Below are positions 57,276 to 64,000 of a stretch of DNA of 64,000 nt, piece after piece. The notes beneath the pieces were generated by a model, which was not told the DNA's origin, ran no database searches, and was given only the letters and a program-made list of their open reading frames with translations. Source of the DNA: Candidatus Saccharimonadota bacterium (lineage in GTDB: Bacteria; Patescibacteriota; Saccharimonadia; Saccharimonadales; SZUA-47); contig CP065013.1 in assembly GCA_016700315.1 (NCBI GenBank), forward strand, positions 774,727 to 838,726, read 5' to 3'. The translations under genes and the position numbers were made by a program. The first letter of the stretch is position 1. Each line of letters opens with the position of its first letter.

Positions 57276-58751
57276 ATGGTTGAGGAGAAATATAAAGTAA
57301 ATGGCTATTATCCAACTATAGGGATAGAGTGTCATGTGCAGCTCAAAACCGCAACAAAGCTGTTTGCTGCAGTTGGTAATGATGCACGTGAAGCTGCCCC
57401 GAATACACTCGTTAGCCATATATGTTTTGGTATGCCCGGAGCATTGCCAGTACTAAATGAAAAGGCAATCGAGATTGCATGTCGCGCCGCTTTTGCACTA
57501 GAGACAGTGCCACAACAATTTAGTAAATTTGATCGTAAGCACTATTTTTATCCGGACCTACCCAAGGGCTATCAGATTACTCAGTATGATGAACCAATAA
57601 TTCTGGGTGGGTCGGTTGAGATAAATGTCAATGGCAAAGTTAAACAGATTGCAATTACGCGAGCGCACCTAGAAGAAGATGCTGGTAAGTCTACACACCC
57701 AAATGGCGCCGATTATTCTTTAGTAGATTTGAACCGCGCCGGTACGCCACTACTAGAAATTGTCAGCGAGCCGCAAATTCACTCAGCGGCCGAAGCCAAA
57801 GCTTATGCGCGTGAGCTGTACCTGCGCATGAAGTTTGCCGATGTATCTGATGCTAATTTGTATTACGGCAACATGCGTTTCGATGTTAATGTAAGCGTAA
57901 GTCGTGACCCAAGTAAATTTGGTACTCGCAGCGAGACCAAAAACCTCAACTCTTTCCGCAGTGTCGAAAAGGCTGTCGAGTATGAAATTAAACGCCAGAT
58001 CGAGCTATTAGAGAAAGGTGAGCAAGTTGTTCAAGAGACCCGTGGCTGGCATGATGACAAACAAAAAACTTTTTCACAGCGTAGTAAGGAAGATGCCCAC
58101 GATTATCGCTATATGCCGGAGTCAGATGTTCCACCTGTGGTGCTGACAGATGCACAGATTGAGAAAGCCAAGGCTGAAACACCGATTTTACCGCATGAAT
58201 GGCGCAAAAAGTTTACTGAGCTGGGTTTTGACACGTCACTAGCCGAGGCGCTTTTGGACGCTGAAGTTGAGTTTGAAGACTCTAAGTATCTAGATCTTAT
58301 AGTCGAGTTCTCGGACGATAAAGTACTGACTAAGCGTTATGCAAATTGGGTGGTGAATCTTCTGGCACCCTTGAAACGAGAAAAAAATATTGGCTTGAAA
58401 ATGCCAGACCTAAAAACTCTGATCGTAGCAGTGGACGACTTACTCAAAACAAACAAACTAAGTTCGACAGCCGCAAAACAGTTGATTGAGAGTGTCTTGC
58501 AGTCAAAAAAACTGCCGAAGGACATAGCAGGCTTTGCCAAAGCAGAAGGGCTAATCCAGCTGTCAGATACTAGCGAGCTTGATAAAATAGTCAGCGAAGT
58601 ACTAACGGGCAATCAAAAGGCGGCAGACGATGTACGAAATGGCGAGACAAAAGCTATTGGATTCCTGATTGGTCAGTGCATGAAACTTTCTAAAGGGCAG
58701 GGAAACCCACAACTATTTCAAGAACTAATCAAAAAGCAACTTGGGGTATAA
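57276..58751 (+). CDS. gatB: Asp-tRNA(Asn)/Glu-tRNA(Gln) amidotransferase subunit B
   Basis: GIECHVQL N-terminus, GatB/YqeY C-terminal domain. Confidence 0.9.
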   Translation: MVEEKYKVNGYYPTIGIECHVQLKTATKLFAAVGNDAREAAPNTLVSHICFGMPGALPVLNEKAIEIACRAAFALETVPQQFSKFDRKHYFYPDLPKGYQITQYDEPIILGGSVEINVNGKVKQIAITRAHLEEDAGKSTHPNGADYSLVDLNRAGTPLLEIVSEPQIHSAAEAKAYARELYLRMKFADVSDANLYYGNMRFDVNVSVSRDPSKFGTRSETKNLNSFRSVEKAVEYEIKRQIELLEKGEQVVQETRGWHDDKQKTFSQRSKEDAHDYRYMPESDVPPVVLTDAQIEKAKAETPILPHEWRKKFTELGFDTSLAEALLDAEVEFEDSKYLDLIVEFSDDKVLTKRYANWVVNLLAPLKREKNIGLKMPDLKTLIVAVDDLLKTNKLSSTAAKQLIESVLQSKKLPKDIAGFAKAEGLIQLSDTSELDKIVSEVLTGNQKAADDVRNGETKAIGFLIGQCMKLSKGQGNPQLFQELIKKQLGV

Positions 58752-59301
58752 GATGCAAAAGTGGCAAAGAGTGGGCACGGACAAAACGGAAAAAGTTGGC
58801 TGGAGGTGGCTGGTTCATAAAAAATTCCGCCTACCAAATGGGTATGAAGGCGTATTTACTACTTTAGATAGTGTTGGCAAAAAATATGCATGCGTAATTG
58901 CTCTTACTAAACAGAACGAGGTTATAATAGTTCGTCAATTTAGGCCTGGCCCAGAAGCAATATTTGATGAAGTCATTGGTGGCGCCGTTGAGGATGGCGA
59001 AGTACCCCTCGAAGCAGCAAAGAGAGAATTAGCCGAAGAAGCAGGGTATCGCGTTGGAGCTATAGAGTGCATAGGGTCTGCTTTCAAAGACTCATATACC
59101 AATGGGTATTATTATTTTTATCTGGCACTCAACTGTGAGCCTCTTGCTAGAGGGAATAATCCAGATATTTCTGAAAATATTGAGGTGCGTAAAATTAGCA
59201 TTGATCAGTTGATAAAAAACGCAAAGATTGGTCTAATGTCCGATCCGCAAGCTGTACTTATGGCGTATGATAGGCTTATGGAAATAAAAAAGGGGGAATG
59301 A
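58741..59301 (+). CDS. NUDIX hydrolase
   Basis: GGAVEDGEVPLEAAKRELAEEAGY Nudix box. Confidence 0.65.
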   Translation: MGYKMQKWQRVGTDKTEKVGWRWLVHKKFRLPNGYEGVFTTLDSVGKKYACVIALTKQNEVIIVRQFRPGPEAIFDEVIGGAVEDGEVPLEAAKRELAEEAGYRVGAIECIGSAFKDSYTNGYYYFYLALNCEPLARGNNPDISENIEVRKISIDQLIKNAKIGLMSDPQAVLMAYDRLMEIKKGE

Positions 59302-60182
59302 TGAGAGTTAGAAAAGCAATTATCGCAGCTGCTGGTTTTGGAACTAGATTTTTGCCGCAAACAAAAGCCATGCCAAAAGAGATGTTGCCCCTAATCGATA
59401 AACCAGTTATTCAGTACGTTGTTGAGGAACTGGTCTCTGCCGGCATCCAAGATATTATTATCGTCACAGGCTACAGCAAGCGTAGTATTGAGGATCACTT
59501 TGACTACCCAAACCAAGACCTCGTAGCAAATTTAAAGGCTGGGGGTGAGGCAAAAGCGGAATTACTGGACGAGGTTAGGCAAATCGCCAACCTAGCCAAT
59601 TTTATTTACGTCAGACAAAAGGGGCCGTATGGTCTTGCCACCCCTATACTTTCGGCAGCGCATCTGATCGGAGACGAGCCATTTATTTTTACGCTCGCCG
59701 ATGACTTTTTTGTTGCAGAAACGGGCAGGACAAAACAACTTATTGAAGTCCACGAACAGTATCAGTCCAGTGTGTTCGCCTGCAAAAAAGTGATTAACGA
59801 CGTAGAGTACGACCGATATGGCATTGCAGCGGGTGAAAATATAGATGAAAACACCATAAAAATGTCGACAATAATCGAAAAACCAGGCAAACAAAACGCC
59901 CCATCAGATATGGCTAGTGTCAGTGGCTACTTATTCACTCCAGATGTAATAAAATATGTCGAGAAAGCTGCCGAGTCGCATACTGATGGGGAGCTAATGC
60001 TCCAGCCTATAGTGCAAAAAATGATAGATGACGGGCATGATTTTTATGCAAGAAAGATTGTCGGAGCTGAGTACTTTGACACAGGCACAAAACTAGAATA
60101 CTTAAAAACAGTTTTTAACTTTGCGCTCAAAAATGAAAAAATGGCCGAGCCGCTTAAAGATTACCTTAGAACAATGTTATAG
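59298..60182 (+). CDS. galU: UTP--glucose-1-phosphate uridylyltransferase
   Basis: AAGFGTRFLPQTKAMPKEMLPLIDKP N-terminal signature. Confidence 0.85.
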   Translation: MMRVRKAIIAAAGFGTRFLPQTKAMPKEMLPLIDKPVIQYVVEELVSAGIQDIIIVTGYSKRSIEDHFDYPNQDLVANLKAGGEAKAELLDEVRQIANLANFIYVRQKGPYGLATPILSAAHLIGDEPFIFTLADDFFVAETGRTKQLIEVHEQYQSSVFACKKVINDVEYDRYGIAAGENIDENTIKMSTIIEKPGKQNAPSDMASVSGYLFTPDVIKYVEKAAESHTDGELMLQPIVQKMIDDGHDFYARKIVGAEYFDTGTKLEYLKTVFNFALKNEKMAEPLKDYLRTML

Positions 60183-60225
60183 CTAACTGCGCACGAAATT
60201 AATAAAGAAAGAGTATAATTAGATT

Positions 60226-60474
60226 ATGAACACATGGTTTCAAGTACTAGTAATAATATTATCAGTAACATTAACGATCTTCTTATTTGTTGCAATCGCG
60301 GCATTGTTTATGGTCCTGAGGTTGTTAAAAAAAGCTAAAAACGCAAGCGAAAAGGTAAGCCTTGTAGCTGATAATGTATCACAGCTTACAGGTTCAGTAA
60401 GTAAACTTGCAAGCGGAGGAATGCTGCTTTCAATGGTTGATAGGATATTTAAAAAGGCACGTAATAAGCGCTAG
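60226..60474 (+). CDS. DUF948-like small membrane protein
   Basis: One TM helix plus coiled-coil tail; adjacent to a YtxH-like gene as is typical. Confidence 0.45.
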   Translation: MNTWFQVLVIILSVTLTIFLFVAIAALFMVLRLLKKAKNASEKVSLVADNVSQLTGSVSKLASGGMLLSMVDRIFKKARNKR

Positions 60475-60482
60475 GAGGAATT

Positions 60483-60887
60483 ATGTCAGAGAATAACAAA
60501 TCGAATGGTGCAAAGGTCGCTGTCGGTGCAGTTCTTGGGGTTGTAGGCGGATTTGTAGCCGGACTTTTGTTTGCTCCAAAAAGCGGCAAAGAAACTAGGG
60601 CAGATATTAAACAAGCTGCCGAAAAACTCATAGATAAAGTTCAGAAGGAAGCTGAAGATATTTTCGCTCAAGCAAAAAAAGTCGAGTCAACTTTGGAAGA
60701 AAAAGCTAAGGCCGAGCTTGTCAGGTTAAAACATAAAGCAGAAGAAGCGCGAGACAAAGTAAAGGCTGCTGCTTCTAAAGCTGCAGACAAAAAAGACGAC
60801 GCCGCACTTCAAGCTGCGCTAGATGATGCACACAGCGCTTTTTCTAATCTAAAAGCTTTCGTCAAGAATGTTGCCAAGAAAAAATAA
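60483..60887 (+). CDS. YtxH-domain protein
   Basis: GAVLGVVGGFVAGLLFAPKSGKETR N-terminal motif, Ala/Lys-rich helical tail. Confidence 0.6.
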   Translation: MSENNKSNGAKVAVGAVLGVVGGFVAGLLFAPKSGKETRADIKQAAEKLIDKVQKEAEDIFAQAKKVESTLEEKAKAELVRLKHKAEEARDKVKAAASKAADKKDDAALQAALDDAHSAFSNLKAFVKNVAKKK

Positions 60888-61134
60888 GCGCAGTCAGAGC
60901 GAACTAATCGAAATCGGCAGTGCTGTAGTAGCCATTTTTGAAACCGGAAAAATAAACCGAAAAGAGCTTTTCAAAACCAGCTTTTTTAAAGGTGTGGTAA
61001 CGGGTTTCGGTGGAGTTATTGGCGCTACTGTTGGCGTGGCATTATTTCTTTGGTTGATAAGTTTATTCAAAAATGTCTGGTTTTTGGACAGTCTAGTTGA
61101 AAAAATAGTCAACGCAGTCAATGCGGCTAATTAA
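60868..61134 (+). CDS. small membrane hypothetical protein
   Basis: 88-aa ORF with a C-terminal TM helix. Confidence 0.35.
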   Translation: MLPRKNKRSQSELIEIGSAVVAIFETGKINRKELFKTSFFKGVVTGFGGVIGATVGVALFLWLISLFKNVWFLDSLVEKIVNAVNAAN

Positions 61135-61205
61135 CCCCCCTAACTAGATATAACAACAGCTATAAATGTACATTTTAGCTAGTAGAGATTGTATTATATT
61201 TTCTT

Positions 61206-61233
61206 GGGTTGACCAATGTCGAGCCGGGGTTGG
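61206..61233 (+). promoter_or_regulatory. third copy of the conserved motif GGGTTGACCAATGTCGAGCCGGGGTT, upstream of dnaE
   Basis: 24 of 26 identical to the rarA copy; oriented toward dnaE, about 70 nt before its start. Confidence 0.45.
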
Positions 61234-61301
61234 GTAGGTTAGCTAGTTTGTTGTTATTATCACGGACAAATTACAGCGCCATTAACGCTATAATATAGCT
61301 A

Positions 61302-64000
61302 ATGAGCGAGGGTAAAAAACAGAAATCTATAGAAGTGAGTGCTAGTGACTATGTTCATTTGCATAACCACACTCACTATTCTCTTTTAGATGGTCTCCAG
61401 AAAATCGCACCAATGGTAGCGGCAGTTAAAGAATTTAATATGAAGGCTGTGGCCATTACAGACCATGGCACTTTAAGTGGTAGCATTGAGTTTTATAAGG
61501 AGGCCGAAGCTGTCGGTATTAAGCCGATTATCGGCATGGAGACTTACATAGCCGCCAGAAGTCACCGAGAAAAGGAAGCGGTAAAGGATAAGCCAAACTA
61601 CCATCTTACACTTTTAGCTATGAACAATCAGGGTTATCAAAATTTACTTCAGCTTTCTACAATAGCTAACCTCGAAGGTTTTTACTACAGGCCGAGAATC
61701 GATCACAATTTACTTAAAAAGTATAATGAAGGTTTAATCGTACTTTCTGGTTGTATCGGAGGAGAGCTAGGGGATTTCTTGCGCCAAGATCAGTACGATC
61801 AGGCCCTAGAACGAGCTAAACTGTATAAGCAAATTTTTGGTGATCGTTACTACATTGAAATCCAAGATCATGGACATCCAGATCATCCCTCTCATTGGAG
61901 TGAGCAGGCTAAAGTTAATACCCAGTTGCTTCAGTTGGCAGGTGAGTTAAGGATTAAGACGGTCGTTACTTGCGACGCTCATTATTTACGTCATGAAGAC
62001 CAAGAGGCGCATGAGATCCTATTGTGTGTTCAGACAGGCTCCTTTTTAAGCGACGAAAACAGGATGAGTCTAAAGAATTTTGAACTTCATCTTACTGACC
62101 CTCAAGAGATTGTCGACCGATGGGCAAAAACTAACCCAGAAGTGATACTAAATTCTAGAGAAATTGCAGACCGCTGCAACGTTCAAATTGAGCTTGGCAA
62201 GATTCTAATTCCAAAATTCCCAGTACCCAAAGGAGAAAACGAAAAATCATATCTTGATAAGTTGGTTTATCAGGGTTTAGCGTGGCGTTATGGCGGGGTT
62301 GATCGAGTGAAATCAAAGCTGCTATCAGTAGACCAATCGATCAAAAAACTATCAGAAGATGTTAGGAAACGAGCTAAATATGAACTTTCAGTTGTTCAAC
62401 AAATGGGATTTAATGGTTATTTTTTGATTATTGCCGACTTTATTAACTGGGGCAAGGACCAAGGGATTGTTTTTGGTCCTGGAAGGGGAAGTGCTGCAGG
62501 TTCGATAATTGCTTATGCCCTAAATATTACTACGCTTGACCCAATGAAATACGATCTGCTTTTCGAGCGTTTTCTCAACCCTGATCGAATATCAATGCCA
62601 GATATTGATATAGATATCCAGGATACAAGAAGAGACGAAGTCATAAAGTATTGTGTTGAAAAATATGGTTCTGATAGAGTAGCCAACATCGTAACTTTTG
62701 GTAAAATGGCCGCTCGCAACGCCGTACGCGACGTTGCCAGAGTTTTACAAGTACCTTACGCAGAGGCTGATCGGATAGCCAAGATGATACCACCACCTGT
62801 TCAGGGTCGCCATATCCCATTGATTAAATCATTAGAAGATAACGCAGACCTTAAAAACGAATACAATGCCAGCGAGATTAGCAAAAAAGTCTTTGATCTA
62901 GCAGTTCGGATCGAGGGGACTATCAGAAGTCACGGTGTCCATGCGGCCGGTGTGGTGATAGCACCTGATGAAATTGTAAAATTTACACCACTCGAGATGG
63001 CTCAAAAAGGCGTTGTTACTACCCAGTATTCCATGGGGCCTATTGAAGAGCTCGGACTTCTAAAAATGGATTTTTTGGGGCTTTCTAATCTCACCATTAT
63101 TAAGAATACTTTGCGCATAGTTAAACGTGTCCATGGCCAGGATATAGACATTAATAGTTTACCGCTTGATGACAGTGCCGCCTACGAGCTTTTGCAACGT
63201 GGTGATACAACTGGGGTTTTTCAGTTTGAATCGGCCGGAATGAAAAAATACTTACGCGAACTTAAGCCAACACAGTTCGACGATATTGTGGCCATGGGTG
63301 CCCTGTATCGTCCTGGGCCTCTAAGTGCGGGCCTAACTGATAGCTTTATCAAGCGTAAAAACGGCCTGCAAAAAGTGACATACGATCATCCTGCGATGAA
63401 ACCAGCACTTGAAAGCACCTTTGGCGTGCTTGTCTATCAGGAGCAATTTATGCAAATAAGCCGCGATGTATGTGGTTTTAGTGGGGGTGAGGCCGATACG
63501 CTCAGAAAGGCAATCGGTAAGAAAAAGCGTGATGTCATGGCCAAAATGGAAACACGGTTCATAGAAGGCGCTATCGAACATTCAGGTATCAGCCGCGCTA
63601 TGATCGAGGATTTTTGGAAAAAACTACTAGGCTTTGCCGACTACTGTTTTAATAAGTCACACTCGGCCTGCTATGGCATGATCTCGTACTGGACTGCATA
63701 TCTTAAAGCGCACTTTCCAGACGCATTTATGGCGGCCCTGATGACTAGTGATTCCGATGATACCGATCGCCTCAGTATTGAAATAAGCGAATGTTTGCAT
63801 CAGGGTATTAATGTTTTAACGCCAGACGTTAATGAATCTTTTGCTGAGTTTGCGGTTGTGCCTGGTCAAAAAGCAATTCGTTTTGGCATGGCAGCTATTA
63901 AGAACGTTGGTCATGGCGCAGCTGAAGAGATAGTTCGGGTACGAACTGAAGGTGGTAACTATCAGTCACTGGAGGATTTTTTTGCGCGCAACAACAGCCG
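61302..64000 (+). CDS. dnaE: DNA polymerase III alpha subunit, 3' partial (runs off the window)
   Basis: PHP domain HLHNHTHYSLLDG; ITDHGTLSG; frame is open from 61302 to window end, which is why it is absent from the complete-ORF track. Confidence 0.9.
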   Translation, partial: MSEGKKQKSIEVSASDYVHLHNHTHYSLLDGLQKIAPMVAAVKEFNMKAVAITDHGTLSGSIEFYKEAEAVGIKPIIGMETYIAARSHREKEAVKDKPNYHLTLLAMNNQGYQNLLQLSTIANLEGFYYRPRIDHNLLKKYNEGLIVLSGCIGGELGDFLRQDQYDQALERAKLYKQIFGDRYYIEIQDHGHPDHPSHWSEQAKVNTQLLQLAGELRIKTVVTCDAHYLRHEDQEAHEILLCVQTGSFLSDENRMSLKNFELHLTDPQEIVDRWAKTNPEVILNSREIADRCNVQIELGKILIPKFPVPKGENEKSYLDKLVYQGLAWRYGGVDRVKSKLLSVDQSIKKLSEDVRKRAKYELSVVQQMGFNGYFLIIADFINWGKDQGIVFGPGRGSAAGSIIAYALNITTLDPMKYDLLFERFLNPDRISMPDIDIDIQDTRRDEVIKYCVEKYGSDRVANIVTFGKMAARNAVRDVARVLQVPYAEADRIAKMIPPPVQGRHIPLIKSLEDNADLKNEYNASEISKKVFDLAVRIEGTIRSHGVHAAGVVIAPDEIVKFTPLEMAQKGVVTTQYSMGPIEELGLLKMDFLGLSNLTIIKNTLRIVKRVHGQDIDINSLPLDDSAAYELLQRGDTTGVFQFESAGMKKYLRELKPTQFDDIVAMGALYRPGPLSAGLTDSFIKRKNGLQKVTYDHPAMKPALESTFGVLVYQEQFMQISRDVCGFSGGEADTLRKAIGKKKRDVMAKMETRFIEGAIEHSGISRAMIEDFWKKLLGFADYCFNKSHSACYGMISYWTAYLKAHFPDAFMAALMTSDSDDTDRLSIEISECLHQGINVLTPDVNESFAEFAVVPGQKAIRFGMAAIKNVGHGAAEEIVRVRTEGGNYQSLEDFFARNNS

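Overview
This is a gene-dense bacterial window, mostly housekeeping genes, bracketed by a 5'-truncated khpA-like gene and a 3'-truncated dnaE. Gene content (gatCAB, split transketolase, many small membrane proteins, Grx-TrxR fusion) loosely suggests a small-genome Patescibacteria/Saccharibacteria-like organism; this is a weak inference. Housekeeping calls: trmD, pheS/pheT, gatCAB, gap, rpiB, rpe-like, split tkt, fba, ppa, uvrB, rarA, rmuC, yajQ, galU, an MsbA-like ABC exporter and NDH-2. The most interesting region is a tRNA-Gln(CTG)-anchored island at about 5.6-10.9 kb. A large serine recombinase gene lies between 136-bp perfect inverted repeats. A second pair of 214-bp perfect inverted repeats brackets an Asp/Glu-racemase plus peptidase-S51 pair. 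Two downstream cassette-like genes follow, each bounded by copies of the tRNA 3'-terminal AGCCA core; one carries an Rx4H HEPN-like motif. Neighbouring sites share arms in a daisy-chain, which reads like an integron- or shufflon-like cassette system. Other notable points: (1) a 122-nt element with a 13-bp terminal stem in two copies (28.2 kb, 47.9 kb) whose differences are wobble-preserving. (2) A conserved 26-nt motif upstream of rarA, rmuC and dnaE. (3) A 620-bp heptamer-satellite tract upstream of uvrB, and short heptamer tandem repeats in many other promoters. (4) An AT-rich island with a hyaluronan-synthase-like GT2, a UDP-sugar dehydrogenase and a 56-aa peptide carrying a LAKTG sorting-signal-like C-terminus. 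(5) Tandem paralogous membrane proteins of unknown family. (6) Frameshifted LOG and pfkB genes. No CRISPR array and no rRNA were seen.
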